A DNA stretch of 64,000 nt from an uncultured Actinomycetota bacterium (GTDB lineage: Bacteria; Actinomycetota; Actinomycetes; Mycobacteriales; Pseudonocardiaceae), in assembly GCA_963840275.1 (NCBI GenBank), contig CAWIYK010000006.1:193075-257074 (forward strand). The letters are read 5' to 3'. The position numbers and the translations under genes were made by a program. Below, piece after piece: positions 29,030 through 37,916 of this stretch (positions are counted from its first letter, which is position 1; each line of letters opens with the position of its first letter). The notes below the pieces were generated by a model that did no database searches, was not told the DNA's origin, and saw only the letters and a list, made by a program, of their open reading frames with translations.

Positions 29030-29617
29030 ATGCCCACCTTCGACGAGATCACCCGACACACCGACTCCGACCCGTCCGAGGACCCGTGGGTCCTGGGTCC
29101 GCCCCAGCCCGAGACGATCAAGATCGTGCCGTACGACCCGCGGTGGCCGCACCGCTACGAGGCCCTGTCGGCGGGGATCCGCGCGGCGCTCGGCGAGGTG
29201 GTCCTTGACCTCGAGCACATCGGATCGACCTCCGTCGAGGGACTGGCCGCCAAGGACGTGATCGACATCGACCTCACGGTCGCCGACCCTCGGGAAGAGG
29301 ACCGGTACGTTCCCGCGCTGGAGCGCCTCGGCTACGTCCTCATCATTCGGGAGCGGTCGTTCCACGAACATCGGTGTCTGAGGTTCGCCGAGCCCCGCGC
29401 GAACCTGCACGTGTTCGGCCCGGACTGCCCGGAGGCCATTCGGCACCGCATGTTCCGCGACTGGCTGCGTGCCCACCCCGAGGATCGCGCGCGCTACGCG
29501 GAGGCGAAGCGAGCGGCGGTCCCCGGCGGCGGGCACGTCATGGACTACAACGCGCGCAAGGAGAAGGTGGTCCACGAGATCTACGACCGACTCTTCCGCG
29601 CGGCGGGAATGCTGTAA
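29030..29617 (+). CDS. GrpB-family (nucleotidyltransferase-fold) protein
   Basis: IVPYDPRWPHRYEALSAGIRAALGEVVLDLEHIGSTSVEGLAAKDVIDIDL...RDWLRAHPEDRARYAEAK is the typical GrpB pattern. Confidence 0.8.
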   Translation: MPTFDEITRHTDSDPSEDPWVLGPPQPETIKIVPYDPRWPHRYEALSAGIRAALGEVVLDLEHIGSTSVEGLAAKDVIDIDLTVADPREEDRYVPALERLGYVLIIRERSFHEHRCLRFAEPRANLHVFGPDCPEAIRHRMFRDWLRAHPEDRARYAEAKRAAVPGGGHVMDYNARKEKVVHEIYDRLFRAAGML

Positions 29618-29623
29618 GTCTCG

Positions 29624-31885
29624 CTAGCGCAGCCCGTTGTCGAGCGCGGTCATCAGTGGGCCGTTGTCCCCGGACATCTCCCAGATCATCGCGCCGAGCA
29701 GGTTCTCCTCCTTGACGATCGTCATCTTCCTGCCGATCGACCAGGCGTCGTCGAAGGTCCACCACTGCCCGTTCTGCCCGGTGTAGCCGTAGGTCGCGAG
29801 TGCCTGTTCGTCGTGGTGGACGGTCATGTTCGGGTAGCTCGCCATCAGGTTGCCGTACCCGCGGGTGCCGGCCTCCTCCGGGAACTGGCCCGGCGCCGCC
29901 CCGTTCGCCGCCTGCCACTCGCCGTGCCTGCCGCCGTCGGTGACGCCCTGCCAACCCCGGCCGTAGAAGGGGATCCCGATCGTCAGCTTGCGCGGGCTCA
30001 CGCCGACGCCGGTGTACTCCGCGAGCGCCGAGGCCGCGCTGAAACGGGTGCCGTACGGGTCGTCGACGTCGTTGTGCCAGTTCGCCTGGTGCCCGGTGCG
30101 GTTGGGCTCCCACGAGTTGTCGCTGCCCGCGCCGTGGAAGTCGTAGCCCTGCACGTTCGCGAAGTCCATGTACCTGAACACGTGGTCGCTGCCCGAGATC
30201 TCCCAGCCGGCGGCGATCTTCGCCGGGTCGGCCGGGGTGAAGGCGGTCAGCAGGTACCGCTTGCCGGTCTGCGCGGTGAGCGCGTCGAACTGGCGGCGGA
30301 ACTCCGCGAACAGCAACGTGTTGTTCCGCTTGTCGGCCGGACTCACGTGGTTGCCGGCGTGCCCTTCCGCGCCCGGCCACTCCCAGTCGAGGTCGATGCC
30401 GTCGAAGATCCCCTCGGCCACGCCCGGACCACCGGCGCCGTTGTACAGCGGCAGGTTGCCCCTGAGGTACATGTCGACGCAGGAGGTGACGAACTTGCGC
30501 CGGGACGCGTCGGTGGCGGCCGCGTCGGAGAAGAACTTCGAGTACGTCCAGCCGCCGAGCGACATCAGCACCTTGAGATGCGGTTGCTTCGCCTTGAGCT
30601 TGCGCAGCTGGTTGAAGTTGCCGCGCAGCTTCTCCCACCCGGTGTCCGCCACACCGTCGACCGACTGACCCGCAGCCATCGGCCTGCCGTAGTCGGCGTC
30701 CGCGTCGCCGGCGCCGGTGCCCTGGTCGGGGTCCTGCGGGTCGGGCGTCGTGCCCCGTGTGACCCCGCCGAGGCACGTCAGGTTCACCGGGTCGATGTTG
30801 CCGAACGCGTAGTTGAGGTGCGTCAGCTTCGCGGCGGCGCCGGACGTGTCCAGGTTCCGCACGAAGTACTGGCGGCCGTAGATGCCCCACTGGACGAAGT
30901 AGCCGACCCTGGCGTAGTCGCCGCCGCCGACCACGTCGTCGGTGGTCGCCTGGACCGTATTGCTCGCCGGGGAGACGTTGTCGTAGTTGTCGCGCGCCTT
31001 CACCGTGAACGCGTACGGCGTGGACGGCGACAGGCCGGCCACCGTGGCCGAGGTGCCGGTGGCGAAGGCGGCCAACGTGTCGCCGGTGTACACCTCGTAG
31101 CCGGCGATCCCGCTGCCGTCGGAGGAGGCGCTCCAGGCAAGCGACACACTGCTCGACGTCACGGCCGTGGCACGCGGGTTCGTCGGCGTGCTCGGCGGCT
31201 GGGTGTCGTCGGCGGGGTCGTTGGTCCGGACGGTGACCGCGTCGCTCGGCTGCGAGGTGTTGCCCCGACCGTCCTTCGCGCGCACGGTGAACGTGTACCC
31301 GGTGTTCGGGCTCAGCCCGCTGACGAGTGCCGTGGTGCCGCTGACCGTCGCGGTGCCGCCGCCGGTCACCACGTAGCCCGAGACCGGGAAATCGCCGGGG
31401 GCGGCGGCATTCCACGCGAGTGTCACGGTCCTGGTGGTCGCGCCCGTCGAGCGCAGGTTGCCGGGGACGCCGGGCGGCTGGTCGGCGGAGCCGTCGCACC
31501 GGTTGCCGTTGACCCGGCAGTTGACCGGTTGGCCGGCGCCGAACAGCTCGAACCACGGGCTGTACGGCTCGGTGTTCCCACCTGGCCGCACCGACTTGTT
31601 GTAGTGCTCGGCGTCGATGGTGACGTGACTGCCGACGACGGTCTTGACCCCGTACCAGACGGTGCCGACGGTCGTGCCGGACGGCAGGTCGAACTCGATG
31701 CGCCAGGTGTCGGACGCGGTGTCGCCGCCGTTGGCGACGACGTACCTGCCCTGCTTCCAGGAACCGTGGTCGGTCACCGAGAACGTGGCGGTGAGGGTGG
31801 CCGCGGCCCGCGCGGTGGCCGCCACCGTGGTCATGGCCATCAGAAGCGCGGCGACGAGGACCACCGTTCGTCGTGTCGCGGACAT
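29624..31885 (-). CDS. Secreted GH18 chitinase: signal peptide, CBM2-like domain, two FN3 domains, GH18 catalytic domain
   Basis: Starts MSATRRTVVLVAALLMAMTTVAATARA (cat at 31883-31885). It has two FN3 repeats (LAWNAAAP...YTFTVRAKD and LAWSASSD...YAFTVKARD). The catalytic motif is FDGIDLDWEWPG. Confidence 0.9.
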   Translation of the reverse strand: MSATRRTVVLVAALLMAMTTVAATARAAATLTATFSVTDHGSWKQGRYVVANGGDTASDTWRIEFDLPSGTTVGTVWYGVKTVVGSHVTIDAEHYNKSVRPGGNTEPYSPWFELFGAGQPVNCRVNGNRCDGSADQPPGVPGNLRSTGATTRTVTLAWNAAAPGDFPVSGYVVTGGGTATVSGTTALVSGLSPNTGYTFTVRAKDGRGNTSQPSDAVTVRTNDPADDTQPPSTPTNPRATAVTSSSVSLAWSASSDGSGIAGYEVYTGDTLAAFATGTSATVAGLSPSTPYAFTVKARDNYDNVSPASNTVQATTDDVVGGGDYARVGYFVQWGIYGRQYFVRNLDTSGAAAKLTHLNYAFGNIDPVNLTCLGGVTRGTTPDPQDPDQGTGAGDADADYGRPMAAGQSVDGVADTGWEKLRGNFNQLRKLKAKQPHLKVLMSLGGWTYSKFFSDAAATDASRRKFVTSCVDMYLRGNLPLYNGAGGPGVAEGIFDGIDLDWEWPGAEGHAGNHVSPADKRNNTLLFAEFRRQFDALTAQTGKRYLLTAFTPADPAKIAAGWEISGSDHVFRYMDFANVQGYDFHGAGSDNSWEPNRTGHQANWHNDVDDPYGTRFSAASALAEYTGVGVSPRKLTIGIPFYGRGWQGVTDGGRHGEWQAANGAAPGQFPEEAGTRGYGNLMASYPNMTVHHDEQALATYGYTGQNGQWWTFDDAWSIGRKMTIVKEENLLGAMIWEMSGDNGPLMTALDNGLR

Positions 31886-31899
31886 GGCTCGCTCCTCGC

Positions 31900-32370
31900 T
31901 CAGCACGGCCCGGCGTCCCGCCAGACGGCCCACGATCCGGCCGCTCCCGGTTCGGCGCCGGTGGAGTACCAGGTGGACTCCCACTTGCGTCCGTTGTGCG
32001 ACACCACGTCCCCGGTCACGTAGGCGGTGGCGGCATTCCACGCCGGCGCGGTGCAGTCCGACGGCGTGCCGACAATCAGCGTGAGTCGCACGGTGTGGTC
32101 CACGTCCGCGCCGTCCGCGGTGATGGTGACCTGCGCGGTCCCGTTCGGCGTGCTCGCCGTGGTGGCGATGGCGACGGTGGCCGACTCCCCCGACCGGATC
32201 GACGCCGGGGTGAACGTGGCGGTCGCGCCAGGAGGCAGCCCGCTCGCGCTCAGGCTCACCGCCTGCGGACCGCCTTCGGTGACCGCGCTGCCCACGGTCG
32301 CCGTCCCCGACCGTCCGGGTTGGACGGTGAGGGAGGCCGGGTCGACCGACAGTGAGAAGTCGTTGTCGGC
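31900..32370 (-). repeat. Copy 1 of a duplicated roughly 470-bp C-terminal module (Ig-like plus CBM)
   Basis: It aligns by eye over its whole length with 33392-33868. Shared strings include GACAG(T/C)GAGAAGTCGTTGTC, CACGGTGTGGTC and GTCCCGTTCGG(C/T)GTGCTCGCCGTGGTGGCGA. Confidence 0.85.
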
Positions 32371-33327
32371 GGGCGGTTCGTCGTCGGTCACCGCCAGCTT
32401 CCACAGCGCGTACGCGATCGCGTCGCTGTTGTGGTTCAGCGGCGTGTCGGCGATGTTGGCGATGGTGTCGCAGGCCCGGTGGTAGCAGGCGTCGAACGGC
32501 GCTCCCGCGGTGCCGCCCCACTTCCGTTGCTGCGCGGCGGTCTTGGTCGATCCGGCCCCGGTGAACAGACCGCCGACCGGGATGCCGTAACGCTGGAACG
32601 ACGCGTGGTCGGAACGCCCGTCGCCTTCGGTGTCGGCCTCGGTGGCCAGGTCGACCGACCGGAAGTACTCGTCGAACACCGCCTTGATCGACGCCACGTC
32701 GTCGTAGACGAAGTAGCCCCAGTTCTTCGTGCCGACCATGTCGAAGTTGAGGTAGGCGTCGATCTTCGACCGGTCCGCCGCCGGCAGGGTGCTCACGTAG
32801 TGCTGCGAGCCACGCAGGCCGGACTCCTCGTCGGCCCACCAGCCGAACCGCACGTGCTTGGCCAGCAGGGGATGCGCCCTCGCCAGCGTCAGCGCGACCT
32901 CGAGGATGGCGGCGGAGCCGGTGCCGTTGTCGTTGATGCCAGGGCCGCCGCGGACGCTGTCCAGGTGTGCGCCCACCATGACGACGCTGTCGGGGTCACC
33001 GCCCGGCCAGTCCGCGATCAGGTTCTGCGACTGCCCGGCGCAGCTGGGGCAGGTCTGCCGGACGACCGTGTAGCCGGCCGACCGCAGCTGCTGTTCCACA
33101 TAGGACACCGACGCGGCGTAACCGCCGCCCGCGGCACGGTTTCCGCCGTTCTGCTGGGCGATGCTCTGCAGCTGGTTCAGATGCGTCCGGACGTTGGCCA
33201 CCGAGATGTCCGGCGCGGCCGCGACGGTGGTGGCCGGCCCCGCGCCCGACGCTGCGGCAGACAGGCCCGTCACCGTCAACGCGATGCCGGCGCAGACCGC
33301 GAGACCCGCCCGAAGGAACGTGTTCAT
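31900..33327 (-). CDS. Secreted M28 aminopeptidase with a C-terminal Ig-like domain and CBM5/12-type chitin-binding domain
   Basis: MNTFLRAGLAVCAGIALTVTG is the signal peptide. VMVGAHLDSVRGGPGINDNGTGSAAILE...WWADEESGLRGS are M28 metal ligands. The C-terminus reads CTAPAWNAATAYVTGDVVSHNGRKWESTWYSTG...WAVWRDAGPC. Confidence 0.85.
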   Translation of the reverse strand: MNTFLRAGLAVCAGIALTVTGLSAAASGAGPATTVAAAPDISVANVRTHLNQLQSIAQQNGGNRAAGGGYAASVSYVEQQLRSAGYTVVRQTCPSCAGQSQNLIADWPGGDPDSVVMVGAHLDSVRGGPGINDNGTGSAAILEVALTLARAHPLLAKHVRFGWWADEESGLRGSQHYVSTLPAADRSKIDAYLNFDMVGTKNWGYFVYDDVASIKAVFDEYFRSVDLATEADTEGDGRSDHASFQRYGIPVGGLFTGAGSTKTAAQQRKWGGTAGAPFDACYHRACDTIANIADTPLNHNSDAIAYALWKLAVTDDEPPADNDFSLSVDPASLTVQPGRSGTATVGSAVTEGGPQAVSLSASGLPPGATATFTPASIRSGESATVAIATTASTPNGTAQVTITADGADVDHTVRLTLIVGTPSDCTAPAWNAATAYVTGDVVSHNGRKWESTWYSTGAEPGAAGSWAVWRDAGPC

Positions 33328-33391
33328 GGCACCTCCAGTGGTGGCCGTGCGGCGACGCCAGGTCGACGCCGCCGCACGGGTTCGTGGGGAC

Positions 33392-33868
33392 CTAGCAGGC
33401 GCCGGCGTCGCGCCACACCGCCCAGGAGCCGGGGTCGCCCGGCACCGCACCGGTCGAGTACCAGGTGGCCTCCCACTCGTGACCGTTGTGGGACACCAGG
33501 TTGCCCGGCGCGTACGCCGTCTGGGCCGCCCACGGCGCCGCGGCGCAGCCCGGCGGGTTGCCGCTGCCGACCGTGAGACCGAGCTGCACGGTGTGGTCGA
33601 CGTCCGTGCCGTCGCCGGTGACGGTGACCTGCGTGGTCCCGTTCGGTGTGCTCGCCGTGGTGGCGACCGTCAACGTCGCGGAGCCGCCCGAGGAGACCGA
33701 CGCCGGGGCGAACGTCGCGGTGGCGCCGGCGGGCAGACCGCTCGCCCGCAGGTTCACCGTCTGCGCGCTGCCCGCGGTGATCCGGGTGGCCACGGTGACC
33801 GTGACCGACTGGCCCGGCTGGACCGTGGCCGAGGTCGGGGTCACCGACAGCGAGAAGTCGTTGTCCAC
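33392..33868 (-). repeat. Copy 2 of the duplicated C-terminal module
   Basis: See copy 1. At protein level, DNDFSLSV...ASGLP.GATATF.PAS...TASTPNGT.QVT.T.DG.DVDHTV.L is shared. Confidence 0.85.
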
Positions 33869-35440
33869 CGGCGGTTGCGAGTCGCAGACCGGCTCGCCGG
33901 ACTGCGCGGGCACGCTCACCGCGTTCCACGCGGCCTTGACCGAGTCGAACTCGGTGCAGCGCCCGGGGAACAGCGTGAGCGCCGCGGCCAGGGTCGCACG
34001 CCGGACGGCCGCGTGGTTCCAGGTCGACGTCTTGCGCAGCAGACCGTTGTAGAAGACCTGGCCGGCCTTCTGGACGCCGATCCCGGTGACCGTCGAGCCG
34101 TTGCACGTCGGGCTCGGCGGGTTGGCGTTGGAACCCTGTGCGAGGAGGTAGAACCAGTGGTTCTGCGGCCCGGCCGCGGCGTGGACCTCCGTGCCGGGAA
34201 TGGCCGAGGAGTAGCAGTTCGGGTGGTTGAGCGCCGCCGGGTTGTACATGTTGCGGATCGGGCCGTTGCCGACCAGGTTGACCTCCTCGCCGACGAGGAA
34301 GTCCGGTGGGTCGTTGGGGTTGTCGGCGTAGTGCTCGGTCAGCGCGCCGAAGATGTCGCCGGTGGACTCGTTGAGCCCGCCCTTCTCGTTCCCACCGCCG
34401 CCCGAGCCGCCCGGTGTGGTCTGGAAGATCGCGTGCCCGAGCTCGTGTGCGACCACGTCCATCGGGGTGGCCTGGCGCTGGCCGTCCGACGAGCGGCCGA
34501 ACGTCGCCGAGCTGCCGTCCCAGAACGCGTTGGCCTGGTTCAGCCCGACCCACATCGGGTAACCGCCGCCCTGGCCGTTGATCCCGCTGCGGCTCAGCCA
34601 GTCGCGCAGCATGTCCCACTCCCGCTGCGCGCCGTAGAGCGCGTCGACGCAGGCCGTCTCCAGGTTGGTGCCGGAACCGTTGCCCCACACGTCGTCCGGC
34701 CCGGTGTACACCTGCTTGGTGCTGTTGTTGCCGCAGCTGACCCCGTTGCGGTTCGGATCCCGCATCGAGTACCCGGCGCTGGTGTCGATGGTGACGCTGC
34801 CGTTGTGGTAACCCGTTCCCGAGCCGAACGGCGCGGCGTCGTCCGGCTGCGCGGCGTCTCGCACCTCGTCCCAGCGCTGTGCGACGGCACCGGTTCTCGC
34901 GTCGACGAAGACGTGCAGCTTGCTCGGGACGCCCTTGCTCCGGCCGGTGACCACGACCTCGTAGGCCAGCTTCGGCGCGTCCCCGGCGAGGACCACCAGC
35001 TCCGGGGCCGTCGAATGGTCCACAGTAGACAGTTGACGGCCCGCGATCGTGCTGGCGCGCTCGCCGGTCACCTCGGCGCGGGTGCCGACCGTGATCGGCT
35101 TTGTCGGCGCCGCGACGGTGTCGTGTACTCCCCCGGCTCCGTCGGCGACCACGACCGCGTCGCCGCCGACCACGCGAAGTCCGGTGTAGGTGCGCTCGTA
35201 GGCGGCGTAGAACAGGCCGTCCCCACCTGGTGTCAGTCCGACCCGGCGGAACGCCTCGGCCGGTGCTTTGCTCAGTTCGTCCAGACCGCTCGCGGCCGCG
35301 TGGTCGGCGGCCGCGGCGGCGATCACGGCGGGCGGTGGCGGCGCGCCGGCCGCCGCTGTCGCCGTCGCGGGCATGGCTGTCGTGAGGACGAGGCCGGCTA
35401 TTGCCGCCAGGCCCGTTCGGCGAATTCGCGCGGAGCTCAT
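33392..35440 (-). CDS. Secreted M4 (thermolysin-like) metalloprotease with the same C-terminal Ig-like plus chitin-binding module
   Basis: It has a signal peptide and propeptide. The zinc site is VVAHELGHAIF ... GGLNESTGDIFG. The C-terminus reads CAAAPWAAQTAYAPGNLVSHNGHEWEATWYSTG...WAVWRDAGAC. Confidence 0.9.
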   Translation of the reverse strand: MSSARIRRTGLAAIAGLVLTTAMPATATAAAGAPPPPAVIAAAAADHAAASGLDELSKAPAEAFRRVGLTPGGDGLFYAAYERTYTGLRVVGGDAVVVADGAGGVHDTVAAPTKPITVGTRAEVTGERASTIAGRQLSTVDHSTAPELVVLAGDAPKLAYEVVVTGRSKGVPSKLHVFVDARTGAVAQRWDEVRDAAQPDDAAPFGSGTGYHNGSVTIDTSAGYSMRDPNRNGVSCGNNSTKQVYTGPDDVWGNGSGTNLETACVDALYGAQREWDMLRDWLSRSGINGQGGGYPMWVGLNQANAFWDGSSATFGRSSDGQRQATPMDVVAHELGHAIFQTTPGGSGGGGNEKGGLNESTGDIFGALTEHYADNPNDPPDFLVGEEVNLVGNGPIRNMYNPAALNHPNCYSSAIPGTEVHAAAGPQNHWFYLLAQGSNANPPSPTCNGSTVTGIGVQKAGQVFYNGLLRKTSTWNHAAVRRATLAAALTLFPGRCTEFDSVKAAWNAVSVPAQSGEPVCDSQPPVDNDFSLSVTPTSATVQPGQSVTVTVATRITAGSAQTVNLRASGLPAGATATFAPASVSSGGSATLTVATTASTPNGTTQVTVTGDGTDVDHTVQLGLTVGSGNPPGCAAAPWAAQTAYAPGNLVSHNGHEWEATWYSTGAVPGDPGSWAVWRDAGAC

Positions 35441-35564
35441 TGATACGCCTTCCTTCAGGCAGGAACGTGCCGGACGCGAAAAGGGGCTGAAGGCGCGTCG
35501 ACACCTGACAGCAGGGGTGGAAGTCGTGCGGTAGCTGCGGCTACCTGGTCGGACACCTCATTAG

Positions 35565-35576
35565 AGGTCTAGACCT
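35565..35576. promoter_or_regulatory. DasR-responsive-element-like palindrome
   Basis: AGGTCTAGACCT is a perfect 12-bp palindrome. It matches the core of the Streptomyces dre consensus (A)CTGGTCTAGACCA(G)T at 10 of 12 positions. It lies 125 nt upstream of the M4 protease start and 241 nt upstream of the divergent secreted-protein gene. Confidence 0.45.
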
Positions 35577-35816
35577 ATCGTCGGGTCAATGCGCCATCCG
35601 GCGCAGCGCCGACCGAAGAAAAGGCGGCGACCAGGGCATTCTCGGACCCGAACATCAATGTTATGAGAAATTGGTATGACCCCGAACAATTCCGACTGCT
35701 CACCCCGCCGTTACTCCGTTCGGGTACTTCGCCGCCCGCGGAGGAAACCCCGCACGCGGTGGTGGCGTGTGCCACGGGAGCGGGCCGGCTCACGGGCCGC
35801 GACGAGAGGGGTTCCC

Positions 35817-36836
35817 ATGAGGACGGCGTTGTCTCGACGATCAGCGGTGTTCGTGTTCGGCGCCGTGCTGCTGTCGGCCGTGCTGAGCGCACCGGTCGCC
35901 GCGGCGGAGCCGGCGCCGTGCGCCTGGCAGGTCGCGCCCGTCCCGACGGATGGTTGGGACGCGGCGGGGGTGTTCGTCACCGGGAGCGACGGCCACGGGA
36001 ACTACTCGGGCTACGCGAGGTTCGGCCAGGACACGCAGCTCCTGCTGTGGACGCAGGGTGGCGAACCCGAAAGTGTCGAGCCGCCGAACGACTTCGGCAC
36101 GCGCACGCAACCGGTCGACGAGAACTCCGCGGGGACGGTTCTGCTCGAGACGTCCACGCCCGAAGGGTATGCCCGGCCGTTCCGCTACGTGGGCGGGCAC
36201 ACCGGCGCCGGGACCTTTCACGCGCTGCCGACCCCCGAGGGTCACGAGCAGCCGGAGGTGAGCGCGCTCAACGACCGGGGTGACGTCGTGGGCACCGCGC
36301 GACGCAGCGCCGACGCCCACATGGTCGCGGTCCTCTGGCCCGCGGCGGGTGGCGCGCCGGTCGTCATCGACTCGCCGGAGTACCACTGGACCGGGGCGAC
36401 GGACATCGACGAGGACGGCACGGTTCTGCTCGGCGGCGCCTACGAGGCGCACCTGTGGCGTGACGGCCAGGTCATCCCGCTGCCCGAACCGGCTCCGCCG
36501 GTCATCGGGCGGGCGTTGCGTGGCGGGAAGGCCGTCGGCATCGCGCTCGGTCCGGAAGCCCCGAGAGCGGTGCTGTGGAACTCACCGAGCGACATCCAGT
36601 TCCTCGACGGCGGCGGCACCGCGGAGGACATCAACCAGCACGGCCTGATCGCCGGCCACCTCGACACGTGGAACGGCCCGGCCGCCGCCTGGCAGGACGC
36701 CCAGCCACTCGGCCGGCTGCCGCTGCCACCGGGTGCCACCGCGGCGACCCTGCTCCGGGCCAGTGACGACAACACCATCTTCGGCTACGCCGAACCCGAC
36801 ATCGGGCCCGTGCGGTGGACGTGCGTCAGCGCTTGA
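35817..36836 (+). CDS. Secreted hypothetical protein (repeat-rich, probably beta-propeller-like)
   Basis: ATG 35817 opens MRTALSRRSAVFVFGAVLLSAVLSAPVAAAEP (signal peptide). Recurring ...N..G.VVG... / ...D..G.VLL.. segments follow. Confidence 0.6.
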   Translation: MRTALSRRSAVFVFGAVLLSAVLSAPVAAAEPAPCAWQVAPVPTDGWDAAGVFVTGSDGHGNYSGYARFGQDTQLLLWTQGGEPESVEPPNDFGTRTQPVDENSAGTVLLETSTPEGYARPFRYVGGHTGAGTFHALPTPEGHEQPEVSALNDRGDVVGTARRSADAHMVAVLWPAAGGAPVVIDSPEYHWTGATDIDEDGTVLLGGAYEAHLWRDGQVIPLPEPAPPVIGRALRGGKAVGIALGPEAPRAVLWNSPSDIQFLDGGGTAEDINQHGLIAGHLDTWNGPAAAWQDAQPLGRLPLPPGATAATLLRASDDNTIFGYAEPDIGPVRWTCVSA

Positions 36837-37148
36837 GCGGGTGAGGGGGTGGCCGGCATCGATGGTCGCGAGCAGCCGAGGTGGGTCGGGTGCCGGCCCA
36901 GCAGCTTCTGCGTTGGCGGCGCTGGGCCGGCGTGTCCATCGCGAAGGTCGGGCTGAGCCAGCCGAAGTGCCCGACCGCCCGCGCCACCGGAATGGGGTGA
37001 CCGTGGGACCGCGGACGTAGCAGCGCCTTGGCCTGCGGCAGGAACACCTCGCCGGCCTCGGTGAGGGCTGCCCGCGTGGAGCGGCGGCCGGTCGGCTACT
37101 GCTTAACCGGCCGACCACCTGACCCAGTCTTACCCGTTCGTCGTCCGA

Positions 37149-37832
37149 TTACAGTTCGCGGCGGTGCTCGACGAGCCAGGCGGCGACGTCGCGGAGTTTC
37201 ATGTTGGCGTTCTGCGAGGAGCTGACGAGCATGTGGAACGCCTGCTCCGGCTCGAGATCGTGGCGCTGCATGAGGATGCCCTTGGCCATGCCGATCAGGT
37301 CGCGGCTCTCGGCCGCCGTTCTGAGATTCGCCTCGGTCTGTGCGCCGACGAGCGCGACGGCGGCGTGGGTGGCGAACATCTGTCCGTCCTGCTCGGTCTG
37401 GTCGCTGAACGCGTCGGGTTGGCTGGAGTAGAGGTTGAGGGCACCGAGGGTGGTGTCGGTGATGAACAGCCGGTAGGCCAGCATCGACGTCACGCCGGCC
37501 TTCGCGGCCGCGTGCGTGAACGCGGGCCAGCGCGTCTCCTTGGCGAGGTCGCCGGTGCGATAGATGCGGTGTGCGGCGATCGCGTTCAGACAGGGGCCCT
37601 CCCCCGTGCGGTACTGCAGCTGATCGATCGTGTTGACGACCTCCCCGGTGGGAGCGACCGTGCGAACCTCGCCGCCGCGCTCGACCAGCGAGATCCCGGC
37701 GTGCTCGGCACCGGCGACGTGGTCCACGGCCACCTTGACGATCGCCGCGAGCGTCGCGTCGACGTCGGGTTCGGCCTGCAGCGTGCGCGCGATCTCGCCG
37801 AGCAGTTCGGCGATGCTGTCGTGCTCGGACAC
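37149..37832 (-). CDS. GAF plus ANTAR domain RNA-binding regulator
   Basis: GTG (cac at 37830-37832) is preceded by GGAAGGAG. The GAF core reads AGISLVERGGEVRTVAPTGE...GEGPCLNA. The ANTAR helix reads SRDLIGMAKGILMQRHDLEPEQAFHMLVSSSQNANMKLRDVA. Confidence 0.85.
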   Translation of the reverse strand: MSEHDSIAELLGEIARTLQAEPDVDATLAAIVKVAVDHVAGAEHAGISLVERGGEVRTVAPTGEVVNTIDQLQYRTGEGPCLNAIAAHRIYRTGDLAKETRWPAFTHAAAKAGVTSMLAYRLFITDTTLGALNLYSSQPDAFSDQTEQDGQMFATHAAVALVGAQTEANLRTAAESRDLIGMAKGILMQRHDLEPEQAFHMLVSSSQNANMKLRDVAAWLVEHRREL

Positions 37833-37916
37833 GGCCGCTCCTTCCTGACATGACGAGCGGTCAGGTAGGCCGCGGTCACTGCCCGTCCCCGACAATAGAC
37901 GCCGGCCGCGGCGGGA

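Noticed and set aside
29813-35443. Long plus-strand ORFs opposite the chitinase and protease genes (29813..32023, 32431..33576, 33161..35443).
   Set aside because: They are antisense to genes with clear signal peptides and catalytic motifs, and their translations are low-complexity Arg/Gly/Val/Asp.
36837-37148. Small ORFs in the spacer between the secreted protein gene and the ANTAR gene (for example 36826..37047, 37028..37225).
   Set aside because: Their Arg/Pro-rich translations have no RBS or motif support and overlap each other on opposite strands.
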